Positions 26,995 to 35,951 of a stretch of 42,235 nucleotides of DNA are shown here, piece by piece (position 1 is the first letter of the stretch; the number at the start of each line of letters is the position of its first letter). The notes below the pieces were generated by a model. It was not told the origin of the DNA and ran no database searches. It saw nothing but the letters and a program-made list of their open reading frames with translations. Source of the DNA: a virus. The translations under genes and the position numbers were made by a program. The stretch lies in UHGV virus genome UHGV-1993760, one strand, 5' to 3'.

Positions 26995-27178
26995 GTCTGT
27001 AACAACCGAACTGATAATCTGCCAGACCCGCCATAACAAGCTGAGTCAGTATTAACTGGCAGCGTTCGCGTGAAAGGTAGGTATTCTGCGCAATTTCCCC
27101 GACGGTCGCCGGTTCGGTGACGCTTAATTCATTAAATACCACTCTGGCGGTTTCGGTCATATCCTGCTGTTTTAGCAT
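26981..27178 (-). CDS. small hypothetical protein
   Basis: About 65 aa from ATG 27178 (MLKQQDMTETARVVFNEL...); own terminator; divergent from the DUF262 operon. Track ORF extends further upstream into likely non-coding sequence. Confidence 0.4.
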   Translation of the reverse strand: MLKQQDMTETARVVFNELSVTEPATVGEIAQNTYLSRERCQLILTQLVMAGLADYQFGCYRRLPQ

Positions 27179-27431
27179 GTCTTTTTCCCTTTTCTGGTTA
27201 ACGTGACACACCAATAACTCTTGTCTGAAAAGCCAGCAAGCTGAAAGACCGGTATTCGCAACCACCAGCACGTTTAACGTACTGCGCCGTTTTTCGGACA
27301 CAAAAAACCGCCTGGCGGCGGGTTTAAGCTGTGTGGCGTAGTAACCACTCTTAACACGATATAATATTTTTTGCGTACGCGTTATAGTTTTCTTACAATC
27401 TATTTCCAACTCCAATTAAAGGAACAGTGAT

Positions 27432-28589
27432 ATGACCACACTCAAAGAACTCAAAGAAGAGCTTGCTCAGATTCAAGATGAAAACGCGAAAAATAGAAAA
27501 AAAGCTGAAATTGCAGCCTTGGTCACTTCTGCCGACAACGAGATTAGGCTTGCTCAGAGAAATATTGGATACAACGTACGTGAATGGACCGTTGAATTAA
27601 TTGTACAAAAGTATGGCAATAATCTTGAAACTGACAAAAACGAACTTTTTATTCCTGATTATCAACGCGATTACAAATGGGATATCAAAACAGCCTCTCG
27701 ATTCATCGAAAGTATATTATTAGATTTTCCAATCCCGTACCTCTACATCTCCGACGTATTTAATGAAGATCCTGAGTTGGATGGTCGTGTAGAAATTATT
27801 GACGGTTCACAAAGGATTCGCTCAATTTACTACTTTTGGAACAATCAGTTTGAATTGAAAGACTTAAAAGAACTCAAAAGTTTAGAGGGCTTCAAATTTT
27901 CAGATCTTTTGGCTAGCCGCCAGAGGCGATTTTTAAGGGCATCACTAAGATTTATTGAATTGAAAGGTGATGTTGAGGAGCAACATAGAAGAGATTTATT
28001 CGAAAGAATAAATTCAGGTGTTAAGAGACTGGAAGCGATGGAGGTTAGACATGGTTCAGATGCGGCCACTTCAATTTTCTATAGGGATGTTGTGACTCCT
28101 TGCTCAATAAATCCACTTTTCGCTAGTCTAGCTCCATTATCAGACCGGAAGCGTTCGAATGGCGATCATCGTGAGTTAGTTTTGAGATTTTTTGCATACT
28201 TAAATGATTTAGAAAATTATAAGGGTTATGTCGCTCCTTTTATTGACAATTATCTTAATGTTCAGGCCGAAAGGGTCACACAACAAGATGTTGACAAATT
28301 TAAACATGATTTTGAAAGCATGCTTGCTTTTGTAGATGCTCATTTCCCTATGGGGTTTAAAAAGACACCAACAAGCAAAACCACCCCCCGTGCTAGATAC
28401 GAAGCCATAGCAGTGGGAACTGCTCTTGCCTTAAAAGCCAATCCACATCTACAGGCTCCGGTTATTCCTGTAGGAGACTGGCTGTTTGGGGAGGAATTTG
28501 AAACCATAGTTACTGCTGATAGTGCCAACAACACCAGCCAACTCAAAAACAGAATATTTTATGTCAAAGATAAATTATTAGGAATGTAA
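27432..28589 (+). CDS. DUF262 (ParB/Srx-fold, GmrSD N-terminal-like) domain protein
   Basis: 385 aa; ...FIPDYQRDYKW... (aa 73-83) and ...EIIDGSQRIRS... (aa 121-131) match the DUF262 signatures as I recall them (QR.Y.W and DGQQR-like); no recognisable C-terminal HNH/DUF1524 motif; AAAGGAA RBS; AT-rich gene. Confidence 0.65.
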   Translation: MTTLKELKEELAQIQDENAKNRKKAEIAALVTSADNEIRLAQRNIGYNVREWTVELIVQKYGNNLETDKNELFIPDYQRDYKWDIKTASRFIESILLDFPIPYLYISDVFNEDPELDGRVEIIDGSQRIRSIYYFWNNQFELKDLKELKSLEGFKFSDLLASRQRRFLRASLRFIELKGDVEEQHRRDLFERINSGVKRLEAMEVRHGSDAATSIFYRDVVTPCSINPLFASLAPLSDRKRSNGDHRELVLRFFAYLNDLENYKGYVAPFIDNYLNVQAERVTQQDVDKFKHDFESMLAFVDAHFPMGFKKTPTSKTTPRARYEAIAVGTALALKANPHLQAPVIPVGDWLFGEEFETIVTADSANNTSQLKNRIFYVKDKLLGM

Positions 28590-28591
28590 CT

Positions 28592-29281
28592 ATGAGTTTG
28601 ATTGATTTAAGAGATGAATACGAAGAAAGAGCAAGAGATATTATGGAATTGCTTTCTCTTGCGTCATCTTTAGAGGCTCAGACTCAGCAGTTAGATCAGC
28701 AAACGCATAAAGATGAAATAGAATCAAATACCCTTAGGGTTAACATTTTAAAATCATCCGTGCACATGATGCTGTACAATCAGGTTGAAAACACTGCCAG
28801 AGGATGCATTGAGTCAATTTATGACCATTTGCAAGATAATGAAGTAAATTACGCATCACTCAGGGAGAAATTCCAAGTAAATATCTTGCACCGTATCATT
28901 TCAGATAATGAATCGGGAAAATCTCTTTATCAAAAAATTGGTTCCGATATATCTAAAAGGATCATTTCAGCCTCATTAAACATACGTAAAGAATTCAATG
29001 GTAATGTTTGCAAGTCTGTATTGCACAAAATAACACAAGCTTACGGAATAACTGTTGCAAACTCACCAGAGTGTAGAAATGGTGTTGACTTAGATTTACT
29101 TAAAGATATCAGAAATGAGCTGGCACATGGAAGTACCAGCTTTTCTAAAAAAGGTCAAATAGACCCTTTAGAAGAAGTCAAATCGAGGTCAGAAAGAATT
29201 GATCTATATTTGCGTTTATTAATCAACTCAACAGAAAATTATATTACCTCTAACGGGTATTTATCCCCTCAACATGTCTGA
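28592..29281 (+). CDS. HEPN-motif protein (predicted RNase-like effector), translationally coupled to the DUF262 gene
   Basis: 229 aa; ATG 2 nt after the DUF262 stop; mostly helical; C-proximal ...DIRNELAHGS... (nt 29111-29128) fits the HEPN Rx4-6H motif. Confidence 0.45.
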   Translation: MSLIDLRDEYEERARDIMELLSLASSLEAQTQQLDQQTHKDEIESNTLRVNILKSSVHMMLYNQVENTARGCIESIYDHLQDNEVNYASLREKFQVNILHRIISDNESGKSLYQKIGSDISKRIISASLNIRKEFNGNVCKSVLHKITQAYGITVANSPECRNGVDLDLLKDIRNELAHGSTSFSKKGQIDPLEEVKSRSERIDLYLRLLINSTENYITSNGYLSPQHV

Positions 29282-30290
29282 TAAATGTTTCCCCTATTAT
29301 CTGACCAATTATAGGGGGAACAGCATTTCCAATCATTGTCCCCAATTTTTGGAATGAAAAAGGCGTCTCCTTGTCAAGGAATTTATAATCCATTGGAAAG
29401 GATTGCAAAATCGCAGCTTCACGCAAAGTTATGGCGCGATTTTGCTCAGGATGGCCAAATCGTCCATTTCCATATCCATAACACTGGGTAGTTATCGTAG
29501 GGCTAGTATCGTCCCAAACCATCCGTCCATAAACGCTTTTATAGGTAGCACCTGAATTCTTTTTATGACAGTCTGCTCTAATTTCTTCAGGCCAGTCATC
29601 CCACGTACCACCAGGTAAAGAATGCATGATTCGTTTAAGATTGATATCCATCAATTTAGGCGAACGATGCAAGGGATCGCTTTCCAGCTTCTCACCTGCC
29701 CCTACTTTTGGCAACCTACCAATAGCATCCTTAACAGTAACTTTACGGCTAACTTTTTTTTGATCAAGGCTGATCGGCCCCAATTGGGAACCAATTAGAA
29801 TTAATCTACGTCTATTTTGAGGTAAGCCATACTCAGAACATCTTACAACGTCGTACCACAAATGATATCCAAGAGTCTTTAATGCACTAACAAACCCTTC
29901 AAAAACCTTATGGTTTCTAAGTTGAGGAACATTCTCCATCGTCACAAGCTCTGGCATGACATCACTTACAAGCCTTTGAAACTCATATAACAAACGCCAC
30001 TTTGTATCGTCTTTACGGCTATTTGGATTACGATACTTGGAAAACGGTTGGCAAGGAGCACATCCAGCAAGCAATCTAATATTTCCTTCCTTGAACATAG
30101 CAGACACATCGCAGGATTGCAGTTCTGTAACTGACTGATTAATGAACTGCGTTAAAGGATTATTGCTCTCAATAGCAAAACGGCAGGATTCATCAATATC
30201 AATACCATGAGAAACCTCAATCCCGGCTTTTTTTAGCCCAAAAGTTAAGCCCCCCGCACCACAAAAAATGTCTACTGCCTGAATGTTCAC
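29250..30290 (-). CDS. DNA (cytosine-5)-methyltransferase
   Basis: 346 aa; motif I DIFCGAGG, motif IV GCAPCQPFS, ENV, QNRRR, C-terminal GNAVPP; GTG start with GGAG 6 nt upstream; 3' end overlaps the convergent HEPN gene by about 32 bp. Confidence 0.9.
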   Translation of the reverse strand: MNIQAVDIFCGAGGLTFGLKKAGIEVSHGIDIDESCRFAIESNNPLTQFINQSVTELQSCDVSAMFKEGNIRLLAGCAPCQPFSKYRNPNSRKDDTKWRLLYEFQRLVSDVMPELVTMENVPQLRNHKVFEGFVSALKTLGYHLWYDVVRCSEYGLPQNRRRLILIGSQLGPISLDQKKVSRKVTVKDAIGRLPKVGAGEKLESDPLHRSPKLMDINLKRIMHSLPGGTWDDWPEEIRADCHKKNSGATYKSVYGRMVWDDTSPTITTQCYGYGNGRFGHPEQNRAITLREAAILQSFPMDYKFLDKETPFSFQKLGTMIGNAVPPIIGQIIGETFIRHVEGINTR

Positions 30291-30353
30291 AAGATTCTCC
30301 GTTACTTTATCCTGGTATTATATACACATAAAAGTTGGGAAAGTAGAACGATT

Positions 30354-30722
30354 TTACATAGAACTTAAGTCATTGTAGTAAATGAAAAATGACAAGCAGC
30401 CATCAATAAACCCCATTGCTGTTTGCATCTCTTTCCGTATTGTTCCATCTGAACATTTCCGTTTTTTAGCAATAGCGCGTAATGAGATACCAATAACAAA
30501 GTGAGCAATGATCAACTCATACTCTTCGGGTTTATACTTTCGCAACCGAGCCACACAACCGTCTATCATGATACCTTCGTCATCATCACACTGGAGACGT
30601 GACTTTTTACCGTGTGGTAAAAGCCCCTTGAAGCCTGCTGCTATCGGCTGCCAGTCCACACCACTGTTATCTGCTGCAGCCCAGGCCCCCCAACGATCTA
30701 AAACTTCGTACATATCACGCAT
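30354..30722 (-). CDS. late antiterminator Q-like protein
   Basis: Internal ATG at 30722 with GGAGG upstream; MRDMYEVLDRWGAWAA...AAGFKGL...CDDDEG...CSDG... resembles lambdoid Q (phage 82 / QuuD type) as recalled. Confidence 0.7.
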   Translation of the reverse strand: MRDMYEVLDRWGAWAAADNSGVDWQPIAAGFKGLLPHGKKSRLQCDDDEGIMIDGCVARLRKYKPEEYELIIAHFVIGISLRAIAKKRKCSDGTIRKEMQTAMGFIDGCLSFFIYYNDLSSM

Positions 30723-30979
30723 CAGCGCAGTACCTCCTGCACCAGTTTTTCGAACTTTCCAACTTTGGTTTCCAGCTCTGCCACACAATCCACCAGCTCA
30801 TCCACTGCTTTTTGTGCGCGGTGTTTCGCCTGCATCAGTTCCCTGAGCGCTGGCACCATATCCTTACGAATGGCATCTTTTGTTACGCCTGTCTTTTCCA
30901 GTTGTTCCGCCTGTCGTAACATTTCCTGTGCCTGTTTACGTAATTGTTCAGGCGTAAAAGTCATGGTCTGGTTGTTCAA
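30722..30979 (-). CDS. small hypothetical coiled-coil protein
   Basis: 85 aa ORF between helicase and Q; stop overlaps the Q start (TGATG). Confidence 0.4.
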   Translation of the reverse strand: MNNQTMTFTPEQLRKQAQEMLRQAEQLEKTGVTKDAIRKDMVPALRELMQAKHRAQKAVDELVDCVAELETKVGKFEKLVQEVLR

Positions 30980-32367
30980 AAGAAACGCTCCATCTTACTG
31001 CTGTCGGTTCGCTTATTGCTGTATCTGCGCGGCTGGGGCTGCTGCATTGGGGTGGAAAGAATCTGTGCGCTTTCCTGGTCTACGGGCAGAAAATGTCCGT
31101 TATAAAAACGCCGGTAAATCGTCCCCAGAGAACCGTTACGTTGTTTCGTGATATTGATTTCTGCAATGCCTCTGGCCTGCGTATCCGGGTTGTACACTTC
31201 ATCCCTGTAAAGCATCAGAATGATGTCTGCATCCGCCTCTATTTCTCCGGAATTTTTCAGGTCTGAGTTCATAGGGCGTTTATTGGGCCTGGACTCCACA
31301 CCACGGGAAAGCTGGCTCAGCGCAATCAACGGAAAACCACCGGATTTTGCCAGGCCTTTAAGCCCCTTTGAGATTTCACCCACGGCAAGGTCATGACGCC
31401 CCGTGGTTCGGGTTTTTATCAGCCCGAGATAATCAACCACCACCAGCGCCGTTTCCGGATGTTTAATCAGGTGATGTTTCGTTGTTGCGCATATCTCATC
31501 AATGGTCAGGTTCGCCTGGTCCACCATCCAGATATTGCGCCCGGTCATCCGCCCCACTCCTTGTGAGAAACGTGCCCAGTCTTCGTCTTCAAAGTGAGTG
31601 ACAGATTTCAGGCGTGATACCGGCATTCCTCCAGCCGCAGATACCATGCGTTCACCAATCTGGATGTTCGCCATTTCCATTGTGAACAGAAGAACACCAT
31701 GCCCCTGCTCAGTCACCTTGTCGATGATATCCAGCGCCAGTTCGGTTTTGCCCATCGAAGGACGTGCAGCAATAAATACCAGGTCGCCAGGCTCCATGCC
31801 GCCCGTTTTTGCGTCCAGTTCATCAATACCGGTCATCAACGTCCTGGATTTCTCCAGCCCCTGATTCCGGCATTCAACACGCTCAACCACTTCCGGAAGC
31901 ACATCATCAATATGTACCGGCTGAATAACGCCCTTTTCCGTCGACAATGAGGCCATCATGTTCTGCGCATCCTTCAGAGCATCTTCAGCTGCTTCACAGG
32001 TATGCGCATCACGTAATTTCTGCAGCGCCTCATTCAGTGTTTTTTCTGCATCACGCAATGCGGCATTACGCCGCAACGCCGTAACATAGTGCTCCAGTGA
32101 CGACTTCACCCAGGTTTTGCGCCCGGTATCAGTAATCACCGGGGCAAGTTCCGGCATCTCATTACACAACAGCACAGGGTCAATCACGCCTGAAACACGG
32201 GCCTGTCGGCAGATGCCTGTGTAGATATCCCGATACGCTCGTACAGAAAAAACGTCTGCCGGCAATGTGGCCAGAATATCCATCACTTCATGATCTGCCC
32301 CTCGCAGAAAAAACGCGCCAATGACAGCGCCTTCCAGGTCATCGTTACGCCAGACAGGAGAAGTCAT
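30976..32367 (-). CDS. replicative DNA helicase (DnaB family)
   Basis: ATG at 32367 (ATGA overlap with the loader gene); Walker A ...ARPSMGKTELALD...; DnaB-like C-terminal RecA fold pattern. Confidence 0.85.
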   Translation of the reverse strand: MTSPVWRNDDLEGAVIGAFFLRGADHEVMDILATLPADVFSVRAYRDIYTGICRQARVSGVIDPVLLCNEMPELAPVITDTGRKTWVKSSLEHYVTALRRNAALRDAEKTLNEALQKLRDAHTCEAAEDALKDAQNMMASLSTEKGVIQPVHIDDVLPEVVERVECRNQGLEKSRTLMTGIDELDAKTGGMEPGDLVFIAARPSMGKTELALDIIDKVTEQGHGVLLFTMEMANIQIGERMVSAAGGMPVSRLKSVTHFEDEDWARFSQGVGRMTGRNIWMVDQANLTIDEICATTKHHLIKHPETALVVVDYLGLIKTRTTGRHDLAVGEISKGLKGLAKSGGFPLIALSQLSRGVESRPNKRPMNSDLKNSGEIEADADIILMLYRDEVYNPDTQARGIAEINITKQRNGSLGTIYRRFYNGHFLPVDQESAQILSTPMQQPQPRRYSNKRTDSSKMERFF

Positions 32368-33254
32368 GCTGCCACACCTCCGATATGTGCACGGTAACTT
32401 TCCCAACCAAACACCAGGCAGTTACGCCCACCATCAGTAACGCGATCCACAATCCGTTCACCAATGGACTCCTTAAGTTGGTCAAATGTCAGATTACTAA
32501 TCAAAATTGTCGGTAAAACGCTTTCGTAACGTGCATTGATGATTTCCTGCAGGATGGTTATCTCTGTTGGCGTACCGAACTGCACACCAACCTCATCGAT
32601 GATGAGCAGGTCCAGCGATACAAAATGGTCAATAACTTCATCTTCAGTGCGTTCAGAATTGTGACGCCAGGTATTTTTCACAGCGCGGGTCAGTCGCATG
32701 ACATCCGTAATTTCGACAGTCGCCAGGTGGTGGCGAATAATATTTTTTGCCATTGATACAGCCAGGTGATTTTTCCCGGTACCGCAATTGCCAATCATGA
32801 TCATGCTGGTACCCGCAGCAAGACACTTCTCCCATGAACTGGCATAGCGCCGACAAGCCTCAAGATTTCTCTGTGCGTCAGCATTCACAGCCTGGTAGTT
32901 CTCAAACTCGCAGTCCTGGAAGCGGCGGGCAATACCAGCTCTGTCAAGTAATTCATGAACTTTCAGGATGCGTAACGCCTCCTGTACCTGATCCAGTTCA
33001 TTCGCAATGCAGGTCGGGCAACCAGACACCCGTTTGATGGTTTCCCCACGAACATCTGGCCCTTTCAACACCAGACGTGTGTATTTCCCGTGTTTCTCAC
33101 ACTCAGCAGTTTCCTCGCTTGTCAGCCAGTGTTCACAGCGCCACGGACGCTTCCCGGCACGGGCAAACTGCATCTCCTCCTCCAGTTCCGCCCTGCGGTT
33201 GAGCAATTGCGCTTTATCGTGTTGTGCGTAGTGTTTTTTTAACTGTTCAAACAT
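32364..33254 (-). CDS. helicase loader / AAA+ ATPase (DnaC-IstB-like; lambda P functional analogue)
   Basis: 296 aa; Walker A-like GNCGTGKNHLA, Walker B LLIIDEVG; N-terminal Cys cluster. Confidence 0.65.
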   Translation of the reverse strand: MFEQLKKHYAQHDKAQLLNRRAELEEEMQFARAGKRPWRCEHWLTSEETAECEKHGKYTRLVLKGPDVRGETIKRVSGCPTCIANELDQVQEALRILKVHELLDRAGIARRFQDCEFENYQAVNADAQRNLEACRRYASSWEKCLAAGTSMIMIGNCGTGKNHLAVSMAKNIIRHHLATVEITDVMRLTRAVKNTWRHNSERTEDEVIDHFVSLDLLIIDEVGVQFGTPTEITILQEIINARYESVLPTILISNLTFDQLKESIGERIVDRVTDGGRNCLVFGWESYRAHIGGVAA

Positions 33255-33273
33255 TGTTCATCATCTCGAAAAA

Positions 33274-34251
33274 TCACCAGTTGAAGTTCGTTGAACCGTA
33301 GTCCTGCTCACTGAATCCCGAGATCGGGAGGCCGGTAGTTCGCCCACCTCCGGGAGCGGCTGGCTGTTGCCAGGATTCCTCAAAATGACGATCGGGTCCA
33401 AAGAACGTCGCAGCCTGCTTCACGAACTGTGTGCCGGTATTTCCTGTTGCACGTACCCAGGCGGCATACCGCTTCACGCCATCAAGCATGACTTCAGGTT
33501 TTATTCCCTCCCTGAGACGGGCTTTCCAGGCTTTGAAGGCTGCTGACTTGGAATTACCACCAGCACGTTTGGGATATTCCTGCCAGGCCTGTTCAAATTC
33601 CGGTGAATATTCCTGTCGGGCAGAACGCGCTGGTGCAGACGCGTCAGCGGATGCGCCAATAGTGTTTTTAGTCTCCGTTGTAATCTCTGTAGTAATCTCT
33701 GTATTTGTATCAACATTCGGCGTATCCCCTGTTCCGTTATGACGTTGGGGGGTGTTCCGTTTTAACGTAATAGCTGTATCGCTGATTGCGTTATTGCTGT
33801 TACTTTCTGGCGAAACAGAAGAAGGAGTAGTAATGGCAGCAATTGCCTGTGGGTTGATCCCGACAAACAAAATATTGCTGCATTTCACACCATCGAGCAT
33901 TTCCACCGTGCGTAAATCCAGGGAAATAAACCCGGCATCACGAAGGCGCTTCAACGCATCCGCGGTTTCCCTTTTCCCGAAACCAAACTGCTCAGCAAAC
34001 GCCTGATAACTTCTTTGCAGCTTGTCCCCCTGAAAACGCTTGCGATATCCCAGCAAAGCCCCGGTATGTTCATCCCTGACTTCTGTCGGGCGGTACCAGT
34101 AAACGATCTCTGAGAGCAGAGCGATAGCGGTCGCATCCGGACGACCACTGGGTAGCCGAATATGTTTCCACCAGTTCGCTGGTGTGACATTGCCGGAAAT
34201 ATTAATTTGACCAATAGCCATAACTTCCGGTGTTGGAGCGTAACGACTCAC
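33274..34251 (-). CDS. putative replication initiator (lambda O position)
   Basis: 325 aa ORF upstream of loader and helicase; contains internal iteron-like DNA repeats and a TEITTEITTE low-complexity linker; family not confidently recognised. Confidence 0.45.
   Translation of the reverse strand: MSRYAPTPEVMAIGQINISGNVTPANWWKHIRLPSGRPDATAIALLSEIVYWYRPTEVRDEHTGALLGYRKRFQGDKLQRSYQAFAEQFGFGKRETADALKRLRDAGFISLDLRTVEMLDGVKCSNILFVGINPQAIAAITTPSSVSPESNSNNAISDTAITLKRNTPQRHNGTGDTPNVDTNTEITTEITTETKNTIGASADASAPARSARQEYSPEFEQAWQEYPKRAGGNSKSAAFKAWKARLREGIKPEVMLDGVKRYAAWVRATGNTGTQFVKQAATFFGPDRHFEESWQQPAAPGGGRTTGLPISGFSEQDYGSTNFNW
33680..33760. repeat. candidate replication origin iterons inside the initiator gene
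   Basis: Tandem GTAATCTCTGTA x2 (33680-33703) followed by two copies of TGTTCCGTT (about 33730 and 33752) and an AT-rich stretch to about 33810. Confidence 0.35.
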
Positions 34252-34472
34252 ACGGCACCTCCCAGGCGTTTAAACATTTTTCCGGACTGAAACGCCACCA
34301 GTGGGTAACTGATGGTGTAGTTACGCCCCAGTAATTCACACACGACTTTCTGGCTTTCGGTACTGACCAGGCAAACCCGCAGAACATGGCCGTTGCTGGT
34401 GGCAAACCACTGCCCCACACGGGGGCAACGGTTGTATCGGTGATACAGGGAATTAACGACGCGGCGAATCAT
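34248..34472 (-). CDS. small hypothetical protein
   Basis: 74 aa from ATG 34472 (ATGA overlap with the upstream stop). Confidence 0.3.
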   Translation of the reverse strand: MIRRVVNSLYHRYNRCPRVGQWFATSNGHVLRVCLVSTESQKVVCELLGRNYTISYPLVAFQSGKMFKRLGGAV

Positions 34473-35131
34473 GGGCGCACCTCCCATTGATTACGGCTGA
34501 AAGCGGTGTGACTGGGGCTGTTTTCTGCCTCATGGAATGCTTCAATACAGCTCTCGTAGTACCGCATTGTGCGCAGACTTAACCCAAGCTGAAGCATCAT
34601 CAGCCCATCAAGGGTAATGTAATAACCACGCAGGGAATCGCCATACACGTGGTAAGTACCCGGTATGAAATTACGGGAGAAGAATTCACGCGAGCAGTTC
34701 AGATACTCGATTTTGTCGACGATGTTCTGGTGCATGCGCTTAAAGTGGCAGGCAACATGCAGGGAGAAAATAACAGCTTTGCCGTTGACGACTTCGATTT
34801 TCAGGTATGGGGAAGTTGGGACTGTAGCCATGATGGCAGCCTCCGATAACAGTGAATTACCTTCACCACCGGAAACGCCAATTTCGCTGGTGGTGAACTG
34901 AACGGGGTTGGCGTAACCGGCGTTATCGGAAACCGGCGCACCTTTCGGTGCCCCCGCCCAGCCCACCATAATTTGGGTGTGCGCAGACGCAGACGATAAA
35001 AAAGACGCTGGTGCGTCATATATCGCCGATAACATTTCCAGGACGCCAATCCCGGCACCCGCTTTATAAGGTGCCAGAACAGTGTAACGTCCCGAAATTG
35101 CAGAATCAATATTTAGGCTTGAAACATTCAT
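34469..35131 (-). CDS. hypothetical protein
   Basis: 220 aa from ATG 35131; the N-terminal 78 codons of track ORF 34469..35365 overlap the Rha-like gene and look non-coding. Confidence 0.35.
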   Translation of the reverse strand: MNVSSLNIDSAISGRYTVLAPYKAGAGIGVLEMLSAIYDAPASFLSSASAHTQIMVGWAGAPKGAPVSDNAGYANPVQFTTSEIGVSGGEGNSLLSEAAIMATVPTSPYLKIEVVNGKAVIFSLHVACHFKRMHQNIVDKIEYLNCSREFFSRNFIPGTYHVYGDSLRGYYITLDGLMMLQLGLSLRTMRYYESCIEAFHEAENSPSHTAFSRNQWEVRP

Positions 35132-35155
35132 ATGATTACTGGTATTTTTACTAAC

Positions 35156-35245
35156 GCAAATGTTCTTGGATGTTACTGGCTTACTTCTCTGTGAAGTTGC
35201 CTTTACCAACGTTGAGCGAGCCGGGTCACTACCCGGCTTTTTTTC
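35156..35245 (+). ncRNA. candidate OOP-like antisense small RNA (promoter plus terminator on the strand opposite to the early-right operon)
   Basis: Plus-strand -35 TTGAAA (35119-35124), 18-bp spacer, -10 TATTTT (35143-35148); plus-strand hairpin ccgggt-cact-acccgg (35221-35236) followed by T7 (35238-35244) overlapping the stop of the Rha-like gene. Confidence 0.3.
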
Positions 35246-35951
35246 ACCGCTGCCAACCAATAACCTGAAATAACCCCATTTTCGGGTGATACCAGCGAGT
35301 CCCTCGCGGTTCTGCTTCCTCCATAACCCGATAAAAAGCAGCCATAAACGGTTCCACAGCAACAATTGCGCGACGTGACAACAATCCGTCCGGCGTCATG
35401 AACTCATGGGTGTCTGTAGGAATTTGATAGGCGTTCACCAGATTGCGGCATTTATCATCTGACAAACCGGTTTTCGCTTTCAGTTGGCGATATCCGGCAT
35501 AGCCCTCACGAATGGTGCCCTTTTTGATTTGCTCAACTGTTTCGGCAACGTGGCTGACTTTTTCTTCCACCTGAGTGATCCGTTTCTGCTGGCGAACGGC
35601 TTCAAGAGCCATCGCAGCAACCATTTCGATTTCGCTCATTGGCTTACGGATCTGCTCTTCCAGTTCGCGCCAGCGATCTACCAGGCGGGCTGTGAATTCG
35701 GGACAAAGCTGTGCGACGACAATGATGCTGTCGCGTTTGCCTCGTTCACCTTCGAAAAGATAATGCTTACTTTTTTGAGTTAAACCTAACCCATTGATAT
35801 TTTCAGAAATCCCCATTGGGGGAAGCTGAATAATCCTTCGTTCAGCAAGGCGCTCAATGGATTGTTTCACTTTGTCATGGCGGCTGCCCACCAGCTCTGC
35901 GATTTCAACGCTGGTCATGGATGCTTTGCCGTTAAAAATTGTTGTATTCAC
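35244..35951 (-). CDS. Rha-family phage regulatory protein (possible antirepressor), in the cII position
   Basis: GTG start with GGAGA 6 nt upstream; N-terminus ...MTSVEIAELVGSRHDKVKQSIERL... resembles the Rha N-terminal domain as recalled. Confidence 0.5.
   Translation of the reverse strand: MNTTIFNGKASMTSVEIAELVGSRHDKVKQSIERLAERRIIQLPPMGISENINGLGLTQKSKHYLFEGERGKRDSIIVVAQLCPEFTARLVDRWRELEEQIRKPMSEIEMVAAMALEAVRQQKRITQVEEKVSHVAETVEQIKKGTIREGYAGYRQLKAKTGLSDDKCRNLVNAYQIPTDTHEFMTPDGLLSRRAIVAVEPFMAAFYRVMEEAEPRGTRWYHPKMGLFQVIGWQR

Noticed and set aside
29250-30290. Methyltransferase plus neighbouring genes as a classical type II restriction-modification system
   Set aside because: No ORF with recognisable restriction-endonuclease features adjoins the MTase; the neighbouring genes are DUF262-like and HEPN-like instead.
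35132-35365. N-terminal 78 codons of track ORF 34469..35365
   Set aside because: Overlaps the Rha-like gene and contains the plus-strand promoter and terminator elements; start moved to ATG 35131.
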